Source: Naegleria gruberi
Taxonomy: Eukaryota
Length of the DNA stretch: 64,000 bases
Strand: one strand, 5' to 3'
Assembly: GCA_000004985.1 (NCBI GenBank)
Contig: GG738851.1
The notes below the pieces were generated by a model. The model was not told the DNA's origin and made no database searches. It saw only the letters and a program-made list of their open reading frames with translations. Positions within the stretch are counted from its first letter, which is position 1. Each line of letters begins with the position of its first letter. Made by a program: the position numbers and the translations under genes. Positions 21,037-32,279 of the stretch are shown here, piece after piece.

Positions 21037-24000
21037 TTACTCCATTTTAATTTCACAAACTACAATATCTTGTTTATGTGAAGATAATCTGATGGTAGAC
21101 ATTTGACGTTGCTCATTTGGTCTCATGTAGTTCAAGAAAAAGGTACACAGTACACTAGTGCCACCTGTCAAGTTTTGAGAATGATTTGAAAAGTAGTTTG
21201 TGGTTGCCTTGTAAATTCCTGCTGGTGCAACCTTAATCATGTATTCCTCAGGTCCGTAACCATTTCTGAAATCTCTACTGACTGTAATTGATTATTAGTA
21301 CAATGAATATTATAATACTTACCATAACCTCCGATAGCTGTTCTATTGTGGGCATAATATGCGTGCTCTCCTCCTTTATCAGCAGGTTCTTGAACATGCA
21401 AGTCCTTAATGATGTTTAAATTAATAAATTTTAGTATTGACCAATGCCAGTAAAAAAATACTTACAATATCTACTTGGTCAGTGTCCCATGCCATGCTTA
21501 TTCTAATATCTAAATCAAAGTGATGAATGAAACGTGGGTCAATAATTGGTAAATCAGGTTGTTTGAGTAAGAGATGGTTCATCTCAGTGGCAGCTGTCAT
21601 TTCAATTTCATCAAAACGCATGTCCCATTTTCCAGTAATGACCTTATTGAATAATTGCATAGACTCTTCATATTTTCCTAATCTTTCCTTCACCAGAGCC
21701 AAATCTCTATAAGATTGAGGTTCGTGAGGTGCAATCTTTTTCACTTTTTCGAATAGCCACTCAGATAATTCTAATGCATCGGCTTGATCCAATCTGTAGG
21801 CAACAATACGATACAATTGAATATTTTCCAATTCCAATTCACAAATATTTGATAGAATTCTCACACCCAATTTGAAATCCTTGACACTTGAAAGGAAATA
21901 ATCAGCAACATCGAGATAGAAAGCTGGGGAGTCTTTGTAACTCTTTCTTTGTTTCAAATATTCCTTATATGGGTTGGAGGATTTGGCAATTTCTTTACAA
22001 TAGCTGGCGTCAGGACTCCATGCCTTGATTGAGATTGATCCAGAGGCACTTTCAGATGTGCTCTTAGCCTCTGACTTCTTTTCCTTCTTGTCCTTCTTTC
22101 TGTCTTCTCCACCACCTCCACTTGAACTCTCAGATCTTCGCTTGCTGAGGCTGAGTCCTAATGAAATACCACCCTTCTTTTTGGATTTCTTACCACATGA
22201 TCGAAACTCAGCAGCTTCTTCTCTGAGACACAAGTCATCGGATTCTAAGCGTTCAAATTGAGGAGCACTACCAGCAAACTCTTCCTCACATTCATCTTTA
22301 CACAAGTCCTGTTTTTGTGATGCATTTCTTGGAGTAAAATCACGATTGTGCCAATTAACTCTTTCTTTCCACATGGAAAGAATTCTTTCAATTTTATCCT
22401 TTTCTCTTTTTTCCTCAGACTCTTTTTCATTCTTCTTCATTTCAGAATATTGCTTGTAAACATTTGCAAGAGTTTGCGGAGGTACAATGTCATGTTTCAA
22501 GTATTGATCCAAAGTTTCCAAAACGAGTAAGGTAGAATCTTCAGTGACAATTCTAAAATCTTGTCCAATCTTTTTAATTTCATCCTTGAAAAGATGAGGG
22601 AAAGCTGAGAGAGAATCAATCTTTTGTTGAGCCCATAGTAATGGCAAAACAGCAGCTTCACATTGTTCCAAATTGACTGGCAATTCCAATTCTTGAACGT
22701 GATAAATAGAGGAACCGAATCTGAAAGAAACTGCTATCTTTACACTTTCCTTTCCACTATTCTTGAATTTACCAAACAGTTTGAAAACTTCTCCTTCTTT
22801 GAGACTAACTGGTTCATTTGGATACACCTCTTCCAGATCAGAATCTTCAAAATCAGCAACAGCAAATGAGAGAACTGGTTTTCCAATTGACTTGACTAAG
22901 TCAACCTCAGTTAATTCATTGGAATTCAAATAAACACCTCCGCTCTTTGTAGCAATATGTTTAAGAAGAGGTGAATTGACAATATTTCCGCAAGTGACAA
23001 AATAAATTGGTTTCTCAAAGTTTGCCAATGGACTAATCTCATGTCCAAATGTATGAACACCATCAGTAAAGGCAATACAATAATCAACTGACTTGTTAAG
23101 CAAATCCTTATCAAATAGTAACATGTTGGAACCACCATCATAATATAGTTCATCTTTGACAAATTTCAAAACTTCTGCAACAGATGTAAAATCCACAGAT
23201 TGAATAACATCAGCACTGAAAGCAGATAATGAAATTGAAGTTGGAGCAATACCTTCAAGGATCACCTTCAAGGTCTTCAAGTTCTTTTCATGTAGTGACT
23301 GGTTACTATTGGAACAATCCCAAACAATTTGAATTTTGCTTCCAATTCTACTCATTTCTCTCAATTCTGTAGATAATTGAGGAACTGGAATAGATGTCAT
23401 GAAATAGCCATTTTCAGAAGCTAATAAAATATCCCTAACATCTTCTGATTGTTTTGTAACAGCCAATTTAAATCCGGTCATATTTTCATTGAGTTCTGAC
23501 TTTTTCAATTCGAAATATCCTGTTCTTGAGCTGGCATTCTTACTTGTCCACAACAGTTTATCTTCAACTGATTGGGTTTCAGCATTGGCAACACCCATCA
23601 ACACTTCAGTTTCAAATCCTTGTAATGAAGTTTGATTGAGTGTAAATTCAATCTTGGTATCATCTCTCAATGCACCAAAATTCAAGTATGACATTGGAAC
23701 CCAAGCACTTCCTCTAATCTTTCCCTTTTGTGAATCATTACTCTTTTCAATAATTTCATTCAACATCATTTGATATTTGACTTGAATAGTCTTATCCTTA
23801 TTATAAGGCAATGGATAAACACGAGTTTTGAATGAATTGGATTGAGAAACCTTCTCAACCATTGACACCTTATTTCCAGCTCTAACTTCAGCTTCAAAAA
23901 CTTCCTTTGCCTTTTCTTTTGGAACTGGGACAGCATCAATCAATTGACCATCAACTTCCATTGCATAACCTATCAAAGTAGCACCATCAGGCATTGGTAA

Positions 24001-24333
24001 CAACAATTCTCCTTCAATAGTTTTCTGATTTTGATTACAAAATGTCATGGTAGAAACCACCTGAACAATCGGATAGGTCACATGACATTGCACCCGATGT
24101 GAAACTAATGGCAATAACGTTGATGCTTTATCAGAATATTCTCCTGTTGCCAATTTCACGCTGGTAAATTGATCAAGATCCAGAAAGTGCAAACTCTTTG
24201 GAATGCTTCCAATCAGAGAGGCAGAATTTTTCGGATCCACGACAACTTTTTTATCATTGCTTGGAGTTGATTCGAGTTGTGAAAGTTCATCATCAACGGC
24301 TTTATTCTTGCTTCCGAAAAATTTGCCAAACAT
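21037..24333 (-). CDS. VIT + von Willebrand factor A domain protein, at least 3 exons (24333-21466, 21404-21323, 21281-21037)
   Basis: N-terminal VIT-like region, central vWA, C-terminal TPR-like helices. The main ORF ends …VDI at a GTAAGT donor. Two further small exons (introns 61 and 41 nt) continue in frame to the stop (…MIKVAPAGIYKA…EIKME). Confidence 0.65.
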
Positions 24334-24645
24334 TTGTGTTGTTGAAATCTGTTACGGATATTTTTTTTAGGTTGTTTTATTGTGTTGATTGGCGACATAT
24401 TTGGACATGTTGCTATGGCCAATTACAATAGCTCAATCAAGGTTCATGCAAACTTGTGATTTGTTTTGCATCTTTTTAGATTTGGTTTGAGTTGTAAAGT
24501 TGTAATTTCAATTATGAACTTGAAAGTTGACTATTTTTACGTCTTGAAATTGAAATTCTATTTTCAACATAAAGTAAACATTGGAACAATGAATTTTCTA
24601 ATTTGAAATTGAAAAAAACAAAAAACGAAAAATAACGAAAGAAAA

Positions 24646-25947
24646 ATGTCTCGCATGATTGAAGGATTAACTGGATTCAAGAATTTCATGGCTCCACAAT
24701 CGAATACTTGGATGGAGAATGCAGACGAAACTGACGAAGAAGAATTGAAAGAGTTTTGTGAATTTATGGAGGAGGAATGTAATGCAGAGTTTATTGAAGA
24801 GATTAATCAGGAATCGATCAATACAATGATCGATTATTCAGCATTTCCTTCAGTTTCGAATAGTGTCAGTAAAGGAAGTGCAACCTTATTGTCTTCATTT
24901 GAAAAACGAAAGGTCAAGAAGAAACGAAAGCAAAAAATTACTCCTTTGAAGAATTTGAAAAGTATTATTGTAGAGAATCCAAGATTGGTTTCTCCAACAA
25001 AGAGTACTCCTCCATCAAGTCCATTTCATCCTCAATCTTGTACTTTCGAATACATTCCACACGATGTCGTTGGAGAATACGAATCTATCTATATCACTCC
25101 AAGTAATTATCCATCCAATCTAACACATGTATCAAGCTGCCAGATTAAGCAAACAAGCAGATTTTTCCTATTTGGATCTTCTGTAACTAATCGAAACGTT
25201 TCTACTCATTTAATTTCATTTACTGTAGAGCCATCTTGTCATCCTAACACAAATTTGAAAAAGCAACACTTGGAAAAGTTTCCAAAGGATGTCCTTCCAT
25301 CATTTGGATCTGATTCTAGAATCATGATGGTTGTTAACACCTACTTGGAAAGTTATTACTTATTTATTTATTCGAAAGATACATTCTATAACGCACAAGT
25401 TGACTCGAATGGAAACTTGTTATCACCATTCAGAAAGTGTGAATTTACCAAGACTAATGAAGCTACTGAGTTCTTTACAATGATCTCCAAATATAAAGAT
25501 TCAGAAATTTGGAGATTCGGTGGAAGAAATAAGAAAACAAACGAATTGACTAATGAATTGGAAGTTTTTTCAACTATTGACAAGAAACACATCAAGATTG
25601 AAAAGATTATTCCAAAATCCTCCAAGATTCCAGCTCCAAGACAAGATCACTGCATGTACTATGATTCCAAAAAGGAAAGAATTTTCATTTTTGGTGGAGT
25701 TGACAAGAATGGCAACCTTTTAAATGATTTACAATGTTTCGATATGGAAAACAAGACATGGCGAGAGATTAAGACAAATTTCAAACTTCCTCCTCTCAAA
25801 AATTGCAAATTAACAATGAATGGATACAAACTTGATCGCATACTTCAACTAATTGGTGGAAATTTCAGTGATGGCTCTGTAAATTCTTTGATTATTTCAA
25901 TTTATCCTGAAACTGGTGATGTGAAAGTTCACAGTGCATTGGAATGA
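24646..25947 (+). CDS. Kelch-repeat protein (possibly fused to the downstream BTB ORF)
   Basis: Kelch-like blades in the C-terminal half (…RIFIFGGVDKNGNLLNDLQCFDMENKTWREI…). Confidence 0.55.
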   Translation: MSRMIEGLTGFKNFMAPQSNTWMENADETDEEELKEFCEFMEEECNAEFIEEINQESINTMIDYSAFPSVSNSVSKGSATLLSSFEKRKVKKKRKQKITPLKNLKSIIVENPRLVSPTKSTPPSSPFHPQSCTFEYIPHDVVGEYESIYITPSNYPSNLTHVSSCQIKQTSRFFLFGSSVTNRNVSTHLISFTVEPSCHPNTNLKKQHLEKFPKDVLPSFGSDSRIMMVVNTYLESYYLFIYSKDTFYNAQVDSNGNLLSPFRKCEFTKTNEATEFFTMISKYKDSEIWRFGGRNKKTNELTNELEVFSTIDKKHIKIEKIIPKSSKIPAPRQDHCMYYDSKKERIFIFGGVDKNGNLLNDLQCFDMENKTWREIKTNFKLPPLKNCKLTMNGYKLDRILQLIGGNFSDGSVNSLIISIYPETGDVKVHSALE

Positions 25948-25989
25948 TTACCTTATACTCTCGATGTTTCAGTTTCTAATACATCAGAT

Positions 25990-27006
25990 ATGATTTCATT
26001 TGGAAATGATTCGGTTGTCAAGATTTTGGGAGAAGGAAAGAAAACGGAAGTTGACAGCTGGATCAGTCAAATCATGACAGAAAAATCTGGACATGATGTT
26101 ACTTTCCAGTTGAAATCAGGAAACCAAATTACAGCTCACAGATCGTTCCTTGCTTCAAGGTCAAAGTTTTTTGAGAAATTATTCGAAACTCATCAAAATA
26201 CTTATCCTTTAGAGGGATTACAAGATGACACGCTTCAATTCTATATTAATTTCCTTTACACTGGTTATCCACAGATTTCAATCTTACCAAAGCCAATAGA
26301 TTCCAAATTAATTCAAATTTTACAAGTTGACCAAAATAACTCATTAAGAAACTACATTACAGGAGAAGCTGTTTACATTACAGATATTTATCTCATAACA
26401 AGATCCATTGATGATGACATTCGAAAGCTCTATAACTTGGCAATTCAATCCAAGAATCAATCCAAGAAGGCAATCAATAATTCCTCCCTGATTTGCATTC
26501 AATTAATGGAAGAAAACACCAAAACAGATTGCTTCTTTGTAGATAAGACATTCATGAGAAGAATTGATTTCTTTAGAAACATTCTCGATTCAGGAATGAG
26601 TGAAGCCGAAACTGGAGTCATCACTCTTGAAATTTCATCAGAATGTTGTGAGAAACTAATCGAATTCATGTATATTGGTCAAATCAGTAACATTTCCGAC
26701 AGTGCCCTATTGGAATTGTTCATTATTTCCAAACAATATTTACATTGCCAAGAACTAGTTCACTATTGCGAAAATAATCTCAGTAGAATCATTCAAAATT
26801 TGACTCCACAAGTAGCAGTTCACATTATTGATTACTTTAGGGACACCTGTCATGCAGTAGATGACTTGATTTCAAGATGTAGATATTACATTTGCACTAA
26901 CTTTGACAATTCAAGAGAAGATATCTTAAATTTGGACTCCGATTCAAGATATGAATTGAGTAGGCTATATTTTGATTATCTCAAGAGAAAATTCAAAAGA
27001 AAATGA
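25990..27006 (+). CDS. Tandem BTB/POZ domain protein
   Basis: Two BTB-like segments (HDVTFQLKSGNQITAHRSFLASRSKFFEKLF…; …TLEISSECCEKLIEFMYIGQI). Confidence 0.55.
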   Translation: MISFGNDSVVKILGEGKKTEVDSWISQIMTEKSGHDVTFQLKSGNQITAHRSFLASRSKFFEKLFETHQNTYPLEGLQDDTLQFYINFLYTGYPQISILPKPIDSKLIQILQVDQNNSLRNYITGEAVYITDIYLITRSIDDDIRKLYNLAIQSKNQSKKAINNSSLICIQLMEENTKTDCFFVDKTFMRRIDFFRNILDSGMSEAETGVITLEISSECCEKLIEFMYIGQISNISDSALLELFIISKQYLHCQELVHYCENNLSRIIQNLTPQVAVHIIDYFRDTCHAVDDLISRCRYYICTNFDNSREDILNLDSDSRYELSRLYFDYLKRKFKRK

Positions 27007-27165
27007 ATGAAACTCTCCACCTTCCATAACAAGGAAGAGACCTCACTCAATTTTCATTGATTCAATACTCTTCCAATAAATAGGACTTGTTATTAGTGGC
27101 AGTATATATATAGGAATTATTAATATCATATTAGCATATCCAATATTGATTTAGAAAAGACTTTA

Positions 27166-30100
27166 TTACATCACAATGAAGGCACTCAAGAACACAACAA
27201 GCATCAATAATAGTTGTGATGAATGACTTTTCATACCAGTTGTGACATTCAATCTGACTGAACGAGCGGCTACTCCACTAACATGTCCATTAATATTCTT
27301 TGATGTTGAAGGAGTTGTAACAAATTCACAATTTGATCCAAATGCATTCTTCAAAGTACATTGACAAGTTTCAGGAGCAATACATTGACCTCTTGATGAA
27401 CAAACACTTGCATCAGTACTCTTAACTCCCTTACAATTGAATGATTCACAATTTGATCCATAGTATCCATTCTTGCAAGTACAATTATTTGGTTTGGAAC
27501 ATGTACCATTTCCAGAACAAACTGAATTATCTGAATATAATTGACCAAAACAATTGAACAATTGACAATTGTTTCCATAATATCCATTGTCACAGGAACA
27601 ATTATTTGGTTTGGAACAAGTACCGTGGGATGAACATACTGAGGATTGGTCACTTCCAATACCGTTACAATCAAACTTGCCACATGAAGCTCCATAATAT
27701 CCATTATCACATGAGCAATTATTTGGTTTTGGACAGGAACCATGTGAAGAACAAACAGATGAATTGGCACTGTTCACACCAAAACAATCAAACTTATCAC
27801 ATGCAGCTCCATAATATCCTTCCTTGCAAGTACAATTATTGAAATCCAAACATTGACCATTTCCTGAGCAGACACTTTGTGAATTCTTCAAAGTTCCAAA
27901 ACAATCGAATTCTTCACAATTAGCTCCATAATAACCAAGAGAGCATGTACAGTTATTATATGAAGAACAGATGCCATGACCAGAACAAACATTGGCTTGA
28001 GATTTGAGAATTGAATTACAAGTGAAATCTTCACACTTGCTTCCATTATAACCAGCAAAACATGAACATTGATCCAGTCCTAGGCAATAACCATGACCAG
28101 AACATCCCTTAGTTTCATCAGCAATACCAAAACATTCATTCACACAATAACTCTTGAAACTATTCAGTTTGCCTTTAACGCAATAAGGTGTTAACTTGTT
28201 AACAAATTTGGGTGTTGTGTAGAAAAATTCTCCTTTTCTATTTCTCATGACATAGGAGTAGTATAAATCTGGTACTGAATCCAATTTCAATTCTTCTAAT
28301 TTTCCTGTATACTTGTTTAGTTTGAGCAATGCTGAAAGGCCATAAAGAGTGATAATAATTTCACCCTCTGGTGTTTGAAGAATAGTTTGAACATCACGAA
28401 CTGATGTTTCATTGGCTGGTAAATTATATTCAGGATAACCTCTTGTGTAATTACCAACAATATTCGTAATAATTCCATTGGAAATTTTGAAAATTCTATT
28501 GTTGCCAATATCAGGAACCAACAAGACATCTTCTGACACAACACTGAAAGATTGGGCAGTGAATAGTGCTTGATTTGCAGGAATACCGCTTTCAATTCTA
28601 TTTCCAAGACCTGCAATGGTTGTAACAATTCCAGTTGACTTGGTGATTTTTCTAATTCTTGAAGAACCTTCCAAAATATAGAGATTTCCCTTCTCATCTG
28701 TGTCCATATAAACCACTTCTCCAAAATAGGCATTTTCAGCCTTTAAGCCATCTCCAAATCCACCTATTAATGTTGAAATGGTTGCATTCTCTTGATCAAC
28801 TGAAACATATTTGATATTGTTAATATTGGTTGGATCATCCACATTGGAGAAATACAAGTTTCTTCCCTTCATTAACATCAAGGTTGGGAAAATAGCAGCA
28901 TCAACAGCTCTCATTCCATCTCCAAAGAAACCATTAGTTCCATTACCAGCAAATAACACATTTTGACCTTGTGGAGTAATCTTTCTAACTTGGTAATTCC
29001 CAGTGGAAACATAAAAATCTCCAGTCAATGTATCAAATTCCAATCCCCCTACGTTATCAGTTGCTGATCCAGGAACAGAAGAAACTGTATTATTGTAAAG
29101 CTTTCTAATTCTTTGATTGTAGGGATCAGCAAAATAAATGGCATCCAATGAATTTTCTGAACGTACAACAAGAGCCAATGGATTGATATTTGCTTCAAGG
29201 GCAGGTATTTCCATATCAATGTTTTGCTCATAAATTTGTCCAGTACCAGCAATAATAGAAACTTGATTAGTGAGCTTGTCAATCTTCTTGATCAAATTCC
29301 AATCGGTCACATAGATGGCATCTCCAGAAGGTGATTCTGTCAAGAATATAGGTGAAACAACATCAATATTAGGTGGAACCTCGGATGATGGAATCCCATT
29401 TCCTGAAACTGTGGTGATTGTGCCATTAATTCCAAAAACCTTTCTAACTCTATTATTACCTAAATCGGCAATCCAAAGATCACCATTTGAATCAACAATA
29501 GCATGTGAAGGATTGTTCAATGTTGCTTCAGTTGCTAAACCACCATCTCCTGTAAATCCAACAGTGCCATTTCCTGCAATAATTACAACCATATTACTAT
29601 CTTTAGAAATCTTTCTAATAGTGTGATGTTTGTAATCAGCAATGTAAATTTCATCTTGATAGACAGATAAACCAACATATCTACCACCAAATATTGGATT
29701 CAGAGTATTGTTCAATAATGTATTAGTGCTTGTACTAATTTTTGCGTTTAACTTGGAAATTTCATTAAACTTTGCAATGGAACTTCTTCTAAATTCAGTG
29801 GATCCCTCAATTCCACCATAAAACACATCATTGCTCAATGACTTGTCAATTGCAATAGTTTTAATACGTTCGATAGCTCCAGGTAAGAAAACACTCTTCT
29901 CTAGACTATTGATCTTGTACATAAAGTTGGCATCAAGACTTCCAAAGTACATTTCATCGCTCTTTGAAAGAGTTGCAACTGTATCAACGACACTCAATTG
30001 TTTAGGATCCAGACCATCAATTGGAATTGGTACATTTTTTCCACTTCCAGCAATGGTTTGAATTGTGTTAGTTTGTGGACTGATTTTCTTAATGGAGTAA

Positions 30101-31062
30101 CTCAAACTGAATGTAATGGAATTGTCGCTGTAATCCATTACAATGGCAGTACCACCACTAACTTGAAAATCAGATACCAAAACTCCATCACTACCTGAAA
30201 TAGAACCAGACATGCCTGTAACCTCATTAGTTTCCAAATTATACTTGTAAAGAAAACTGTCAGATAACATGTAGAACTCATTATTGGAAACTTGCAAGAA
30301 ATCTTTAGCATAATAATAATCATTCTTTTTCATGTAAATGGTAGAATCAGAAATCAACCACAAACCAGACATTGTTCCAGTTCCATAAAGAACAATTCTT
30401 CCATCATTTGCCAAACTAAAAGCTGTCAACAGAAGTTGACATGAGAGAGCATTGCTACCATCATAACATGGATTTGTATAAAACAAACCACTGCTACTAC
30501 CAAACACTTGAGTTAAAGCAAGAGTTGTCATGTTAAATATGAATATTTTGTGTTGTTGTTGATAAGTTGTTGTTCTGATGGCAATATCTCCATTACCATT
30601 GATAGAACAACCACCTTCATTGCCATAGGATGAATCTGTTTTAGAAAAGAGTAGTGTTGTTGTGGCTGTTACATTGTCGAGTTTGTAGATGGCAATTTGT
30701 GGAAAAACAACACTGACAATGTACAGATTCTCAGAACTCTTATCATATAACAAACAGCTGACAGAGGTAGAGTGTGAATAAAACTTTTCAACTGTGCCAG
30801 TTTGTTTGGAAATTTTACGAATTGGTTGATAGTTATTGTATGTGAAAATATCACCAGCTGATGTAATGGTATAATGAGCATAACTAACAAGAGTGTTCAG
30901 AGCTGGGTAGCCAGAACCATCGTCATTACCACCTGCATAGACAGAAGTATTGTAAAAAGTTGGATAAACAACATTGTCTGGCAAGGTGGTTGCTTCTTGT
31001 TGCATGGATTGACCAGCAACAAGCAAGAACAAGAATAGACAAAACAATAACTTGTTTCTCAT
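27166..31062 (-). CDS. Large surface protein: signal peptide, NHL/beta-propeller repeats, about 8 tenascin-type EGF repeats, C-terminal transmembrane segment
   Basis: N-terminal MRNKLLFCLFLFLLVAGQS. Repeated CSGHGxC…NNCTCxxGYYGxxCExFxCxG units at the C-terminus. Terminal hydrophobic LLLMLVVFLSAFIVM. 1298 aa, single exon. Confidence 0.75.
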   Translation of the reverse strand: MRNKLLFCLFLFLLVAGQSMQQEATTLPDNVVYPTFYNTSVYAGGNDDGSGYPALNTLVSYAHYTITSAGDIFTYNNYQPIRKISKQTGTVEKFYSHSTSVSCLLYDKSSENLYIVSVVFPQIAIYKLDNVTATTTLLFSKTDSSYGNEGGCSINGNGDIAIRTTTYQQQHKIFIFNMTTLALTQVFGSSSGLFYTNPCYDGSNALSCQLLLTAFSLANDGRIVLYGTGTMSGLWLISDSTIYMKKNDYYYAKDFLQVSNNEFYMLSDSFLYKYNLETNEVTGMSGSISGSDGVLVSDFQVSGGTAIVMDYSDNSITFSLSYSIKKISPQTNTIQTIAGSGKNVPIPIDGLDPKQLSVVDTVATLSKSDEMYFGSLDANFMYKINSLEKSVFLPGAIERIKTIAIDKSLSNDVFYGGIEGSTEFRRSSIAKFNEISKLNAKISTSTNTLLNNTLNPIFGGRYVGLSVYQDEIYIADYKHHTIRKISKDSNMVVIIAGNGTVGFTGDGGLATEATLNNPSHAIVDSNGDLWIADLGNNRVRKVFGINGTITTVSGNGIPSSEVPPNIDVVSPIFLTESPSGDAIYVTDWNLIKKIDKLTNQVSIIAGTGQIYEQNIDMEIPALEANINPLALVVRSENSLDAIYFADPYNQRIRKLYNNTVSSVPGSATDNVGGLEFDTLTGDFYVSTGNYQVRKITPQGQNVLFAGNGTNGFFGDGMRAVDAAIFPTLMLMKGRNLYFSNVDDPTNINNIKYVSVDQENATISTLIGGFGDGLKAENAYFGEVVYMDTDEKGNLYILEGSSRIRKITKSTGIVTTIAGLGNRIESGIPANQALFTAQSFSVVSEDVLLVPDIGNNRIFKISNGIITNIVGNYTRGYPEYNLPANETSVRDVQTILQTPEGEIIITLYGLSALLKLNKYTGKLEELKLDSVPDLYYSYVMRNRKGEFFYTTPKFVNKLTPYCVKGKLNSFKSYCVNECFGIADETKGCSGHGYCLGLDQCSCFAGYNGSKCEDFTCNSILKSQANVCSGHGICSSYNNCTCSLGYYGANCEEFDCFGTLKNSQSVCSGNGQCLDFNNCTCKEGYYGAACDKFDCFGVNSANSSVCSSHGSCPKPNNCSCDNGYYGASCGKFDCNGIGSDQSSVCSSHGTCSKPNNCSCDNGYYGNNCQLFNCFGQLYSDNSVCSGNGTCSKPNNCTCKNGYYGSNCESFNCKGVKSTDASVCSSRGQCIAPETCQCTLKNAFGSNCEFVTTPSTSKNINGHVSGVAARSVRLNVTTGMKSHSSQLLLMLVVFLSAFIVM

Positions 31063-31591
31063 GGTTTTGTTTTTTTGAAATGTGGATTTCCGTCAAGGTT
31101 TGGCCACAGGTCGCTTAAAAGTCTTTTTGTACGATCTCACAATGAGAAACTTGTCGAATAGTTTACAATAAATAAAATTCACCAAAGTGCGTTTGTGCCC
31201 CTTCAATATTTACCATCTCATTGTTTTTGAAGGAATAACCTACTTGGCAACACGTGTTTCGGTATTTCGGAAGCAGAGAAGTACATTCAAGTTTACCAAG
31301 AGAACTATTCGAAACAATCTCTTTTTGATCATTGTTCAAAATTGCATTTGAGTTTTACCAAATCATACCACTAATATTCTGGTGAATAACGAAACATTGC
31401 ATAAAAGAAACAATACATTCGCATATCAAAATTAATTGTTATTTCTATCCTCTAGATTATTGTTTGATTGACATTTAAATGAAAAATTAATTGTTTGATG
31501 TTGGTGGGAAATTGAGTAAAATTATCTTTTTTCAAAAATATCCATAAAAAGTTCAACAGTGATAAAGAGTAAAAAGAAGTTATGTGAAGTA

Positions 31592-31712
31592 AAAGACTAC
31601 AGCACCACAGGTTCCCAAGTTGTCTCCAACCTCAGCACTGATGTGGCTCGACGATGCTTAACTTCTCAAATCGGACGGGATGAGGTGCATGAATCGTGAT
31701 ATGGCCGTAGCC
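31592..31712 (-). rRNA. 5S ribosomal RNA (copy 1)
   Basis: Reverse complement reads GGCTACGGCCATATCACGATTCATGCACCTCATCCCGTCCGATTTGAGAAGTTAAGCATCGTCGAGCC…GGTGCTGTAGTCTTTT, a 5S consensus with a Pol III T-run terminator. Confidence 0.9.
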
Positions 31713-32279
31713 ATTCAATACCTTAATTTGTGAAATATAAACCGATTTAAACCCCCTTTTCTTATTAATTCCTTTCAATAATCACCAGAATTAAAATGCA
31801 CTTGACTGATTTCACAACTATTCTTTTACAAGAACAAGTCACGTTTTTCATCATAATGAACTGCTTCCTTAATAAGTGCTGTCCCTTTTGTATTTTTTTA
31901 TTCATACAATTCTGAATGTGGTTCAAAACAATAATTTCATCCAATCATTATAGTTCCTATCATTGTAAACTGCCACGAAATATGAGAGTTTAATATTGAT
32001 TTCTTATTGCTATTGGTAGTTAGTGTTGTTTTTGCAATTTAAAGAATTGTAAAACTTGGAACTTGGAAGGCAAATTTCAAAATAACTGTAGTTTCAAGTT
32101 AAATATATAGTAACTCTCTTATTAGGTAATTCAATTGAATGTTTAATATTTTTTCATATCCAGTATGGCTAAGTTTAAACCCATTTATGAATAAGAAACA
32201 ATTATTTTTCATCCAAACTAACTTTATTACTATAGCTAACTGTTACAAATATTTGGAATGCATAGAGGAAAATGAAATC

